Positions 19,037 through 28,233 of a stretch of DNA of 64,000 bases are shown here, in pieces. Both the position numbers and the translations under genes were made by a program. Numbering within the stretch: the stretch's first letter is position 1; each line of letters starts with the position of its first letter. Origin of the DNA: a virus; the IMG/VR virus record IMGVR_UViG_3300043438_001221; one strand, given 5' to 3'. Under the pieces are notes generated by a model, which saw nothing but the letters and a program-made list of their open reading frames with translations, made no database searches and had not been told where the DNA came from.

Positions 19037-19667
19037 TTATTTTTTCCTTAATTTCTTCCAAATCGGTGCAATAATCCTCCATCTCAGGTATGATATAATA
19101 CCGTTGCGTAACTTCTTGAATAAAGTCAATCAGCTTTTGTTCAGGTGTTGGTCTTTCCGACCGATTCTTCCGCATATTGTCATCCATTTCCTTCCGGCTC
19201 TGTTTAACTTCTTTCAAATAAGCTTCCAATTCCTCGTCCGTTCTCTTGTAAGGAATATCGTGTTTCTCCAATGAGATATCAACAAATTCCCCACCCAAAA
19301 ATCCAACGACCCACTCAATACACCCACAGATAAACCTATGAGCTTCCGGTGTTCCACACTTCACATCATTATCTTCGGGGTGTCGATATGTTTCGTAAAT
19401 ACCGACAACTCCGGTGAAATCATGGGGTTCCCACCATTCCCTTTCAACCACAAATTCCATACCAAAGAATGGAATATTTTGATTTTCCACATAATGTCCT
19501 TCTTCTCTGAAGATTTCCAGCTTCTCTTCAGAATTCACCCTGAAATTCAGCATCAGATTTTCTCCCAAATCCTTGGTTTGAAATATCAGATTCTTCCGAT
19601 CAATCTCTGGTGGAAGATCGGGCAGATCGATGCTCTCGTCTATTGTTAAGCTGTTATACATTCCCAT
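18981..19667 (-). CDS. Hypothetical protein
   Basis: ORF 6 nt after motif promoter; MGMY...FQTKDL N-terminus. Confidence 0.7.
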   Translation of the reverse strand: MGMYNSLTIDESIDLPDLPPEIDRKNLIFQTKDLGENLMLNFRVNSEEKLEIFREEGHYVENQNIPFFGMEFVVEREWWEPHDFTGVVGIYETYRHPEDNDVKCGTPEAHRFICGCIEWVVGFLGGEFVDISLEKHDIPYKRTDEELEAYLKEVKQSRKEMDDNMRKNRSERPTPEQKLIDFIQEVTQRYYIIPEMEDYCTDLEEIKEKINEYRAKYDRWYGKASEQD

Positions 19668-19673
19668 ATTTTT

Positions 19674-19692
19674 ATTATATTCTAGTTTTTAA
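19674..19692 (-). promoter_or_regulatory. TTAAAAACTAG-nn-TAYAAT promoter (copy 5), overlaps clamp stop
   Basis: TTAAAAACTAGaaTATAAT-N6-ATG. Confidence 0.7.
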
Positions 19693-20389
19693 GACTCGAT
19701 AGGATGTATTCCATCTCAAAATCCCCACTTTTAGTGATGATGCAGCCGACTCCAAGCTTGGAATTGATCTTGAAAATGTTTCCGGTCTTGGATACCTTGG
19801 ACAACAGCTTGAGATTGTCGATCTTCAGAATGAACGATTCCAATTCAAAATCCACTTCATCTCCCACGATGCTCAGAGTATCACTGTTGGGAACAGTCTC
19901 ATCCCCCAGCTTCCACACCAGAGAATCATTCTCCGTGAAGAGATAGAGCTTGTTGGTGTTTGTAATGGATGATTTCTGAAGAACATTGGAAAGAAACTCG
20001 AAATCCAGATCAAATTGGAGATTGTATTCAAAATTACGAATTTTTTCCAGAGACAGCTTCGGTTTGGTGATCACCCCATCCTCATGGAGATGATATTTGA
20101 ACTTCAGGGTCTTGTCCTTATATTCCAGATGATTATTGTTCAGCTTGAGCTTGATATCATCGGAGGAAACCATATCCAAAGCTTTCCAAAGCTTCTTCAA
20201 AGACGGTAGATTGAGATTCTGCTCCTCATACTCTCCTGACAGGTAAGCATGGGCAAACATGGAATTGTCCTCACTGGAGGCAATCCCATGAATACCATCT
20301 TCCCTCAGTTCCAGAACACAAGTGTCATGGATTTGACCGAGGCTTTGGAGTAAGAACTGGAACTCTTTCTTTTTCAGGTTTAGCTGCAT
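19682..20389 (-). CDS. gp45: Sliding clamp (gp45/PCNA-like)
   Basis: 235 aa, two-domain beta/alpha pattern, KIDNLKLL and C-terminal MEYIL; replication context. Confidence 0.7.
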   Translation of the reverse strand: MQLNLKKKEFQFLLQSLGQIHDTCVLELREDGIHGIASSEDNSMFAHAYLSGEYEEQNLNLPSLKKLWKALDMVSSDDIKLKLNNNHLEYKDKTLKFKYHLHEDGVITKPKLSLEKIRNFEYNLQFDLDFEFLSNVLQKSSITNTNKLYLFTENDSLVWKLGDETVPNSDTLSIVGDEVDFELESFILKIDNLKLLSKVSKTGNIFKINSKLGVGCIITKSGDFEMEYILSSLKN

Positions 20390-20792
20390 ATTGCTTTTCT
20401 AACATACTATTCTGTTTTGTCAACTTTACAGAAATTTCTTTCAGTAAATTGATGATGATATCCACCTTGGATGGTTCCAGATTCAATTCCAATTGCCCAT
20501 CATCCACTTTTTGGGGCATGGGAGCATATTGGGGAACTTGTGGAAGTGGTTGGGGTGGGATATAAACGGGAACCGCTGTTGATCCCGTTTCACCATAATA
20601 ATGGGTTGGTTGTGCTTGTGGTTGAATACGTTCCCGCTTCTGTTGCTCTTGGTATTCCACAATACCTCGTTTGAGTGTGTTGGTGTTAGTAGCCAATTGT
20701 CCGGGATTTTGAATCATTAATGAATCAATGTTAGAACTCTCCCCCAACAGAGCAGCCATAGTTAAAAATTCTTCTGGTATTTCTGGATTCAT
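20325..20792 (-). CDS. Hypothetical Pro/Gln-rich protein
   Basis: ORF between gp32 and clamp. Confidence 0.6.
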   Translation of the reverse strand: MNPEIPEEFLTMAALLGESSNIDSLMIQNPGQLATNTNTLKRGIVEYQEQQKRERIQPQAQPTHYYGETGSTAVPVYIPPQPLPQVPQYAPMPQKVDDGQLELNLEPSKVDIIINLLKEISVKLTKQNSMLEKQYAAKPEKERVPVLTPKPRSNP

Positions 20793-20796
20793 ATTT

Positions 20797-20837
20797 TTAA
20801 AAAGGAAACCCTCCCCACCGACTTGATGGGGAGGGAA
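20797..20837 (-). terminator. Rho-independent terminator after gp32
   Basis: ccctcccca-9 nt-tggggaggg stem followed by tttcctttt on minus strand. Confidence 0.8.
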
Positions 20838-20842
20838 TCAGG

Positions 20843-21754
20843 TTAATCATCAAGTCCGGCAAGGAGTTCGTCAATGTCGTCGTCCTGCTTTTCCACTTTC
20901 TTGGATTTTGCCGCTGGTTTCTTTTCTTCGTGAACCATCGGAATATCATCATCGTCGTCTTCAACCTTAGCCGCTTCCTGCTTGGCTTTAGCAAGGGGCT
21001 TGCGTTCTTCCTTTTCCTCCCCAACAAAGAAGTGTTCATTGAGAACGTCCTGAAGCTCATCATAAGTCTTCACGGAATAAACCGCTTCCAGATCATGGAT
21101 TTCCGAACAAATCTTTTCGATCTCTTCTTCATCCAGAGTAGTCTTGGACTTGGTGGTGATAAGCGAAGATTCAAACGTGGTATATTCCCCCTTCTTCTCT
21201 GCCACAATCTTGAAATCATGTCCCTTGGTAGGATCAAAGATGTCCCAACCAAGTTCATCGGCACGATTACCTTCCGTAGCTTCGTCAATGATCTTCTTGA
21301 GTTGTGGCCCCATGCGAAGAATCTTCACAGTGCCGTTGTTCTCTGGCTTTGCAGGATCGTTGATCACATAGACATTCACAAGCCATTGCTCCTTTTGGGA
21401 GATTTCCGCACTATAGTCCTTGTTCTCAGCCTTGGGATTTTGTTCCTTCCAGCTTTTGAAAAGCTTCCACCGAAGCTCCGAAATCGGATCACGATCTCCC
21501 ATGGTTTGAAGACCAAGAAAGCTCATGTATTTACCGCTTGCCTTGCTGGTGAATCCATGCACCCAATGATGGAACAGACTCTTCTCAGGGTCTTCCACGT
21601 TGGGGATCAACCTAAGCGTGTAGGTGTTTCCTGCGGGAAAGCTCATGATATTGGAGAATTGACCTCCCGATGAATCGTTGCTCTTGTTTAATGCCGCTTT
21701 GATCGAATCGAACATAGCTGCTCCGAATTTTGTTTTTTGTTTTGTTGTACTCAT
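20843..21754 (-). CDS. gp32: Single-stranded DNA-binding protein (gp32-like)
   Basis: LRLIP, HWVHGF, NVYVINDPAKPENNGTVKI, FDPTKGHDF, acidic tail DDIDELLAGLDD. Confidence 0.92.
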   Translation of the reverse strand: MSTTKQKTKFGAAMFDSIKAALNKSNDSSGGQFSNIMSFPAGNTYTLRLIPNVEDPEKSLFHHWVHGFTSKASGKYMSFLGLQTMGDRDPISELRWKLFKSWKEQNPKAENKDYSAEISQKEQWLVNVYVINDPAKPENNGTVKILRMGPQLKKIIDEATEGNRADELGWDIFDPTKGHDFKIVAEKKGEYTTFESSLITTKSKTTLDEEEIEKICSEIHDLEAVYSVKTYDELQDVLNEHFFVGEEKEERKPLAKAKQEAAKVEDDDDDIPMVHEEKKPAAKSKKVEKQDDDIDELLAGLDD

Positions 21755-21757
21755 ATT

Positions 21758-22144
21758 TTAGTTATTTTGTTTGTTTTGTTGAGAATTAATTTTAATTTCG
21801 ATTGGTTTAAGAGAATGTCCAACAATATCAACCATGATTCTGTTGAATGTGTCTTCACTGTATTTCCCATCATATAGATCACTACCTCTTGTCCATGTCT
21901 CACCAACGAGAGGTTTTCTAGCTGAAGATGTGCAGCCTAAATAACTATCACCGTTTTCTTTCAACATTTTGGCATTGATAGAAAATTCAGTTTCATCTGT
22001 AAATAATTTTAACGTTACCGACTCTTCATTTACCAAAGCAAAAATGTTTTCATATCCAAATTTCATTTGGGAAAACCACTTTTTCAAGTCGGTGTATTCA
22101 TTCGGAAGGTCGTCTAATAATAATTTTTGTCTATCGTCTTTCAT
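21758..22144 (-). CDS. Hypothetical protein
   Basis: ORF track; ATGA coupling. Confidence 0.65.
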   Translation of the reverse strand: MKDDRQKLLLDDLPNEYTDLKKWFSQMKFGYENIFALVNEESVTLKLFTDETEFSINAKMLKENGDSYLGCTSSARKPLVGETWTRGSDLYDGKYSEDTFNRIMVDIVGHSLKPIEIKINSQQNKQNN

Positions 22145-22770
22145 GTTAATCGTGTTTGTATTTTTGTTATCGCAAGTTTTCCAAAATCCTTCATTTTTTT
22201 ACTGAGAAAGTATTTATTCCTTGTCTTCTGGAATGTAATCCAAAAATCAGAGAATATAAAATCCAGAATCCGATTCTCTACCTCGATTTTTGAAACACCC
22301 AATGCGTGAAGACAATACATGTTAATGTGATGGTTCTTTAAATGGTCAATCATGCAAGGTAGCGACTCCTCAGTATATAAGGGATATTCTTCCAAAGTCA
22401 AGCCCTTTTCTTTGCAGAAATTTTTAACAAATTTGAGACTATCCGCCAAACGCTTGAGAGAGCTTTCGGAATCGGGATCATCCATCTCAATCTTCTTCAT
22501 GTATTGGCTATAAGCTTTTTTAGCCTTGGATGTGAGAAAGAATTCCAGATCGAAGTAATCATCATCTTCAAAAATTGCGTAAGGGGCAGTGAAGTAATCA
22601 TCAATTCTAATATTTTGATAGCTGTTGAAGAATCTTTCCAAAGATGTAAGACGATCTAACTTGGTTTGATCCATATTGGAGAAATCCTTGCGGATACGAA
22701 ATGGTTTATCGCGCATCTTACGAGAGATGGCGAGATGGGAGTTATATATTCTTTTTTGAAAGTCGGTCAT
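22141..22770 (-). CDS. Hypothetical protein, possible gp59-like helicase loader
   Basis: 209 aa, basic/aromatic, upstream of gp32 as gene 59 is in T4; positional evidence only. Confidence 0.35.
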   Translation of the reverse strand: MTDFQKRIYNSHLAISRKMRDKPFRIRKDFSNMDQTKLDRLTSLERFFNSYQNIRIDDYFTAPYAIFEDDDYFDLEFFLTSKAKKAYSQYMKKIEMDDPDSESSLKRLADSLKFVKNFCKEKGLTLEEYPLYTEESLPCMIDHLKNHHINMYCLHALGVSKIEVENRILDFIFSDFWITFQKTRNKYFLSKKMKDFGKLAITKIQTRLT

Positions 22771-22898
22771 CAGTCTAATATACTACTAACCATAAATTGT
22801 TTCAATCCTCTCGGTAATCCGACAATCAACCAAAATGGCCAAGTTATGATAAACACCACCCAACAAACAATACCCAACATTTTTATACAGATATTCAT
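22770..22898 (-). CDS. Small membrane peptide (42 aa, not in ORF track)
   Basis: MNICIKMLGIVCWVVFIITWPFWLIVG...; overlaps both neighbours. Confidence 0.5.
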   Translation of the reverse strand: MNICIKMLGIVCWVVFIITWPFWLIVGLPRGLKQFMVSSILD

Positions 22899-23194
22899 CG
22901 CCTGTTCTTCTCTTGATTCTCCCTAATCTTCCTAGCTCTCTCCAATGCCCTCTCAGCAGCCCGTTCGTATTGTTCCGCTGTGGGAAATCCAGCTATTTGT
23001 CCAATGCCAACATCTTCGTATTCTGTCAATTCTCTAATAATTTTACCATCCGATCTCACCATTCTCAGATGTGGTCGTGGTAAATCCTCTTTCCTCCCAT
23101 CCATGTAACCGTCACAATACGATTTGATTTCATTTTTGATGAAAGAGTTCCAATCATTTAGACATGGACATTGTATTGAGTAGGTGTATTTCAC
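22895..23194 (-). CDS. Hypothetical protein
   Basis: ORF track; ATGA coupling. Confidence 0.6.
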   Translation of the reverse strand: MKYTYSIQCPCLNDWNSFIKNEIKSYCDGYMDGRKEDLPRPHLRMVRSDGKIIRELTEYEDVGIGQIAGFPTAEQYERAAERALERARKIRENQEKNRR

Positions 23195-23475
23195 TTCTTT
23201 TTCTTTTTTTGTTCTTCCCTCACGTAACGTGTAACAAATTTTGATTTACAAAGCGTGTTGTCTTGCTCTAGGAAAACCTTAACAAGTTCCTGATCAGAGT
23301 CAAGAGACAATATCGTTTTCAGGATCGTTTTCAGCTTCTCCTCTTGGAGAGTGGTCACGAAAACGTTCTGGATGGACAATTTCTTACCCTTGAGATGGTT
23401 CACGAAGGAACAGTAGCAAAGGAATAGGTGGTCACTCTCGCTGGAAATTATTTCTGAAGAAGGATCAAAATTCAT
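23191..23475 (-). CDS. Hypothetical protein
   Basis: ORF track. Confidence 0.6.
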   Translation of the reverse strand: MNFDPSSEIISSESDHLFLCYCSFVNHLKGKKLSIQNVFVTTLQEEKLKTILKTILSLDSDQELVKVFLEQDNTLCKSKFVTRYVREEQKKKKK

Positions 23476-23477
23476 AA

Positions 23478-24182
23478 TTAAAATGTGTTGATGGAATATT
23501 CCTTAAAATTGGGAATCTGTTTTGTATCGTGTTCATATTTGAACCATTGTTCATCAAATCTTGCAGGGTTCATCTTTCCAAACATCCAAAAGTTATCAAG
23601 AATTACAGCTACATTGGAATGTCCTCTAGAAATACTCATATCTATATTTGCTGATTTAAATACAATATTTGTCGGGCTTTCGAAAAGCGAATTCCACTTG
23701 TTCATAAATTCTCGCTCATATAATTTGGATATATTTGAGTTATGGGCGAAATATACCACAAATTTATCATTGAAGGCGGTTTCATATGCAGCAATTGTTA
23801 AAAGTAATACGGTTGCGCCGAATTGTCTTTCACCATCTATATGTCCCCCATTTTTAATCATGGAATACGTCCGTTTTTGATTATCGTTGATAGAGAATTT
23901 ATTGAATTGTTTAAAGAATTTATAGAATTTATCATCTTCCGATTCTTCGGGGGCGTAGAACTCCCCAAGATACACCGATCCTTCCAAGGGATAATCATCG
24001 TTCCACGCCAAAAACAGCATACCAACCAACCTTCGCACATTATCCCAATCCTTTGGCTGTTTTTCGGTAGATTGTAGATTACCATTAACATTGGATACAT
24101 ATGAGACGAATCGCAATTCCTCTCCCATAACCTTGTTCTTATTATATTTCTCGTTTATGTGTTGAATTTCGTATAATTTCAT
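23478..24182 (-). CDS. Hypothetical protein with degenerate P-loop
   Basis: GERQFGAT and VILDN resemble Walker A/B lacking the catalytic K and E. Confidence 0.5.
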   Translation of the reverse strand: MKLYEIQHINEKYNKNKVMGEELRFVSYVSNVNGNLQSTEKQPKDWDNVRRLVGMLFLAWNDDYPLEGSVYLGEFYAPEESEDDKFYKFFKQFNKFSINDNQKRTYSMIKNGGHIDGERQFGATVLLLTIAAYETAFNDKFVVYFAHNSNISKLYEREFMNKWNSLFESPTNIVFKSANIDMSISRGHSNVAVILDNFWMFGKMNPARFDEQWFKYEHDTKQIPNFKEYSINTF

Positions 24183-24183
24183 A

Positions 24184-24666
24184 TTATTCTGGATTTCCAA
24201 AGTTGATTTCTCGTTTCTCCCCGCACTCATCAAACCAATGAAGATTTTCGAGTTTTAGATATTTATAAAATGCTCCTTGGGGACGCATCTTCCGCTTTCT
24301 GGCGCAATACAGCAGACAACCATCGTCTCCCGCATCAATCAGCGATTGTTCCAGCAGATTCCAATCATCAAGCTCCTCGCAATCACCGCAAGCCCACCAG
24401 AAAAAGTCATTACAATTGATAAAGCATGTCACCTTATCGTCTTCCAAGGTAAGATAACGATAATCTTCCACTTTCTCCAATAGAGTTCTCTGATTATCTT
24501 CCAGAGAGTAGAACCATTTTTCAAAAGCCACTACGTTGTCTAGAATTTTGGAGAAACATGCATTCCACCCCTCCTGCCACTCTGTTCGTTCAGTGGTGAC
24601 ACCATCTTTTGTGATGGATTGGGGGTAGATGCCGATGCTATCCAGTGCTATTTCGTAAAAGTTCAT
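24184..24666 (-). CDS. Hypothetical protein
   Basis: ORF track; NCNDFFWWAC..RKMRPQ. Confidence 0.65.
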   Translation of the reverse strand: MNFYEIALDSIGIYPQSITKDGVTTERTEWQEGWNACFSKILDNVVAFEKWFYSLEDNQRTLLEKVEDYRYLTLEDDKVTCFINCNDFFWWACGDCEELDDWNLLEQSLIDAGDDGCLLYCARKRKMRPQGAFYKYLKLENLHWFDECGEKREINFGNPE

Positions 24667-25010
24667 CCTGTTATTTTTCTAATGTTTTGACAAACAATCC
24701 TTAAAAAACTTTTAATTGGTTTGTTTTTAAATGTTTCAATTGGCCATCCAAGCCTATCTTTCTTCCACCAACTCAAATGATCAAAATTTAATGTTACTGG
24801 TTCAGAAATACTTTCAGCATAATATTTATTTTCTGGAAATTCTGGGCGTTTTAACAATTTGTCTTCACTTTCATAGAAGTATCCATGTTTTCTCAATAAT
24901 TTCTCCAACTCCCGCTCGTTATATGTTTCAGCTTTAAAATTACCATAATAAAATATTTTACCTATCAAGGAAGCAATCTCCTCAAAATCTTTTTGTTCTT
25001 CTGTATTCAT
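24663..25010 (-). CDS. Hypothetical protein
   Basis: ORF track; ATGA coupling. Confidence 0.6.
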   Translation of the reverse strand: MNTEEQKDFEEIASLIGKIFYYGNFKAETYNERELEKLLRKHGYFYESEDKLLKRPEFPENKYYAESISEPVTLNFDHLSWWKKDRLGWPIETFKNKPIKSFLRIVCQNIRKITG

Positions 25011-25315
25011 AATTTTATCATTACTTGTTGCCAAGACGGTGCATCATTCCAATGCTGCTCATTGTTGGTGATGGTAATACCTTCCTGATCTTTCCACCAA
25101 AAAATACGATCAGGATGCTTTTCAATTTTCCATTCATATTTGTTACACTCTTCCACAATCGGAAAAATCTCATCAATATTATAAAATCGGGAATACCACA
25201 AAGCATACCCATCTCCTCCCGCAGAAATAACCTCATTTAGAATCCAATTCAACAGATTCTTGAGGTGTTCTTTGTTTTGATCATCTATGTTACTATAATC
25301 ACTCATGTTTTTCAA
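25007..25315 (-). CDS. Hypothetical protein
   Basis: ORF track. Confidence 0.6.
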   Translation of the reverse strand: MKNMSDYSNIDDQNKEHLKNLLNWILNEVISAGGDGYALWYSRFYNIDEIFPIVEECNKYEWKIEKHPDRIFWWKDQEGITITNNEQHWNDAPSWQQVMIKL

Positions 25316-25734
25316 CTCATCACCATCAAATGATGGTATTTTATTTTATCTTCGGAATTTAAAATAATCAATCCGGCTCGTCCTGACATTATAGGTAGAT
25401 ATGGAAACATATCATAGTAAAATAATCGATCACCATCTTGATATGATTCAACCATTTTGATGTATGGTGTGGTGTAACAATCAACCAAATCCGGTCTATC
25501 CACCCAATCTGATCTTTTATTTTCAGATAGGATAATACTTTTCATAGTCTCTTCTAAATTTTCAGATTTGGGAAATTCAAACTCTGTTCTGAGAGATTTC
25601 TTCAAAATATAACTTTTTTCACCTTTGGTGTTTTCATAAACATCATCGTAAATGGTTTCCATTTCATGATTGGGGAAATCATGAACGTAATTGTGATAAT
25701 CTGCTTTTAAAAATTCTATTAAGTCTTTTTTCAT
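25312..25734 (-). CDS. Hypothetical protein
   Basis: ORF track. Confidence 0.6.
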   Translation of the reverse strand: MKKDLIEFLKADYHNYVHDFPNHEMETIYDDVYENTKGEKSYILKKSLRTEFEFPKSENLEETMKSIILSENKRSDWVDRPDLVDCYTTPYIKMVESYQDGDRLFYYDMFPYLPIMSGRAGLIILNSEDKIKYHHLMVMS

Positions 25735-26585
25735 ATCTCCGTAAGTGTTTCGCTAAATTTCAAAAATTCTTTGGTGATTTTTCCACCAGCAGCCCATTCG
25801 CCGCCACCACCGTCACATAGATTAGCAGCCATTTTCGCAATGTCAACCTCCGATTCTTTGTATTTGCGAAAAGATACGAATTGTGTATCAGCATTCATGA
25901 CGATCACAGCGTCTCCTTGGTAATTTTCCATGATGGCATGGGATAATTCGTTCACCGAGAACTTGGAAATGGTGGAAATGACCTTGAATCCTTCCCATTC
26001 TCCCGAATATAGGGTGATTTCTTCCAATTCCTTCTCCAATTCCTCAAAAAAGCTATCAGCAAGCTTAATTTCCGTGATTGTGAATCCATCCACTCCGTTC
26101 CAAAAACGATTTACGAAGTTAATGAAGCGATTTCCTCCTGATTTACGATAAAGAGCATTGAGATACTTGGTTTCTTCGTGTTTCAGATCATAAGAATTGT
26201 AATCATCCACATAAAGGAAGAATTTCTTCAAATCCTTAGTAAATTCCACCTTTTCCTTGAATTTTTTGTATAACATCTTGGTGCAAGATGAACATTCTTC
26301 CTGAATCTTGGTGGAGTCCCACACTTTGAAGTCGTCAGGACGATCTGAAACGAACACAACACGATGGTCATCAATCTTTTTGATTAGATTTTGATCAAGA
26401 ACCATGCCAACAATGAAGATTTTATCGTAATCCTCTGCGTTTTCCTTAGCCCAAGGTAGATATTGCTCCTCAAATTTGCCGAAGAAACAGTGACGATACT
26501 CAAAATTCTTAAATAAATTGCCTAAAAGGACGGTAGAACCTATACCATCCAAATCTGAGTTGACCCAAGCGAAAATTTTCGACAT
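25731..26585 (-). CDS. DHH/DHHA1 family protein, degenerate active site
   Basis: SDLDG motif I, VDDYNSY, VSFR..GGGGEWAAG DHHA1; DHH motif not evident. Confidence 0.75.
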   Translation of the reverse strand: MSKIFAWVNSDLDGIGSTVLLGNLFKNFEYRHCFFGKFEEQYLPWAKENAEDYDKIFIVGMVLDQNLIKKIDDHRVVFVSDRPDDFKVWDSTKIQEECSSCTKMLYKKFKEKVEFTKDLKKFFLYVDDYNSYDLKHEETKYLNALYRKSGGNRFINFVNRFWNGVDGFTITEIKLADSFFEELEKELEEITLYSGEWEGFKVISTISKFSVNELSHAIMENYQGDAVIVMNADTQFVSFRKYKESEVDIAKMAANLCDGGGGEWAAGGKITKEFLKFSETLTEI

Positions 26586-26661
26586 ACTATAATTAGTATT
26601 ATCGAAAGATTTGTCAAGTTTTGATCCCATATAGGAATCTTAACATAAAATCAGATAATAT

Positions 26662-26883
26662 CTATCCAATATATTGAACTTCATGAATTAGATATGTGGT
26701 TCCTCTATATTTTTGTTCAGCCCATGTTACCCATTGTTCTGCCTTTTCTTCCGTATCCGATATAACATGAATATCATGGGAACCATCGATTACTACAAAT
26801 TTAGTAGGCACTTTTTTTACTCCAAATTCTTCACGATTTTCCATTAGAATTTTACCTATTTCAAGTTGATCTTTTTTAGTCAT
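26662..26883 (-). CDS. Hypothetical protein
   Basis: ORF track. Confidence 0.55.
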   Translation of the reverse strand: MTKKDQLEIGKILMENREEFGVKKVPTKFVVIDGSHDIHVISDTEEKAEQWVTWAEQKYRGTTYLIHEVQYIG

Positions 26884-26912
26884 ACCATTTTTTAGTAAAA
26901 AAATATTTTTTT

Positions 26913-28229
26913 TCAGCTTGAAAGCTTTTGCAACAAGTCCAATTCGTCATCGTCCATAATTTCTTCCTCATCATCTTCCGATTGGTAAATGGAGAGCGTG
27001 GAGTAATCAATTCTCATGGCTTGAACCATACCACGGGGACCAAACCTATTTTTCATCATTCCCAATCGAATTACTGCCATTTCCTGATCCTCTTCGTTTT
27101 GGAAGATGGAAACGATGCAATCCGCAGTCATAACAATTGCCAAAGACTCCGCAATTCCAGACATATCAGGGTTATTTTGGCCAACGGCAGACCTGTTCAA
27201 TTGGGCAGCACTGATAAAGGGGCATTTGAACACGTAAGATAGCGCACGGACTTGTTCGCATATCTTTTTACCCTGTTCATAGCTATTACTACCCGCAGCG
27301 GTGAGCAAAGTGAGATAATCTATCACCACAGCATCGATTCTGATACCCGAATCCTTCAATTTCTTGATGAATGCTCCCAATTGCTTGGGGGTGATCGTAG
27401 ATGGGGGAAATTCCTTGATATAAATCCTACCATCAGTGTTCTTATGCTCCTCTTCCAGAGCATGTCTAAGCGTAGGAACACAATTACGGAACTCCTTCAT
27501 GGGAATCTTCGTCACATTGGACGCAATTCTCTTGGCATAGAGCGTTTCAGACATCTCCAGAGTCACGACAAGCACATGCTTACCTTGGGATGCCATGTTT
27601 GCCGCCACATTACCAAGGAAAATGCTCTTCCCAATGTTGGATTGTCCTGCAAACACATATAAAGCCTTACCAGCTTCTTGAAATCCACCCCCAAGAGCTT
27701 CATCCAACCATGGCCATTTGGATGAAATGGTCGCTTCATCACTCAAAATGTCATCAATGACCTTCTCAACGTCCCCATAAAGCTCAATTCCCTTATCAAC
27801 ATTGAGATTAATACCCGCAATCTTCTCAAATTTCTCCACGATCTTGGCAGTATCGGCTTCTCCTTCCGATATTTCTTCCGCTGACTCCAAAATGGAGTGA
27901 TACATTCCCCGTTCTTTGAGGAATCTTTCAGTGTTCTCGTAGAGTTCGTCTTCATTGTGATTACTGTCAATCTCCTTGAAGGACTCAATCAGCTTTTTGA
28001 AGTTGGTCTTGAGTTCATCTGTGGTGAGATAGGTTTTTACTTCGGAAAATGTGGGGAGAGATTGTCGTTTCTCATAGAAATCTGCGACAATCTCAAAATA
28101 TTTTGCAATGTTTTTGTCTGTGAAGTATTTTGGTTGAACGTAATCTGCGATGGATGCCAGATAAGCACCATTCGTGATCGCGTTCTTTACCAGAACCTTT
28201 TCAAAATAGTCGAAATCAATTTCACTCAT
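26913..28229 (-). CDS. gp41: Replicative DNA helicase (gp41/DnaB-like)
   Basis: AGQSNIGKS, TLEMSE, IKEFP, IDYL, AQLNR, KNRFG. Confidence 0.95.
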   Translation of the reverse strand: MSEIDFDYFEKVLVKNAITNGAYLASIADYVQPKYFTDKNIAKYFEIVADFYEKRQSLPTFSEVKTYLTTDELKTNFKKLIESFKEIDSNHNEDELYENTERFLKERGMYHSILESAEEISEGEADTAKIVEKFEKIAGINLNVDKGIELYGDVEKVIDDILSDEATISSKWPWLDEALGGGFQEAGKALYVFAGQSNIGKSIFLGNVAANMASQGKHVLVVTLEMSETLYAKRIASNVTKIPMKEFRNCVPTLRHALEEEHKNTDGRIYIKEFPPSTITPKQLGAFIKKLKDSGIRIDAVVIDYLTLLTAAGSNSYEQGKKICEQVRALSYVFKCPFISAAQLNRSAVGQNNPDMSGIAESLAIVMTADCIVSIFQNEEDQEMAVIRLGMMKNRFGPRGMVQAMRIDYSTLSIYQSEDDEEEIMDDDELDLLQKLSS

Positions 28230-28233
28230 TCAA

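Noticed and set aside
13451-19692. TTAAAAACTAG copies as CRISPR repeats or integron attC sites
   Set aside because: Only 11-12 bp, kilobases apart, no large palindrome, no integrase or cas genes; fixed spacing to -10 and ATG indicates a promoter
20930-21673. Long antisense ORFs (also 10508..10975, 60140..60709, 60722..61348, 48463..48960)
   Set aside because: Shadows of well-supported genes on the opposite strand, without promoters or motifs
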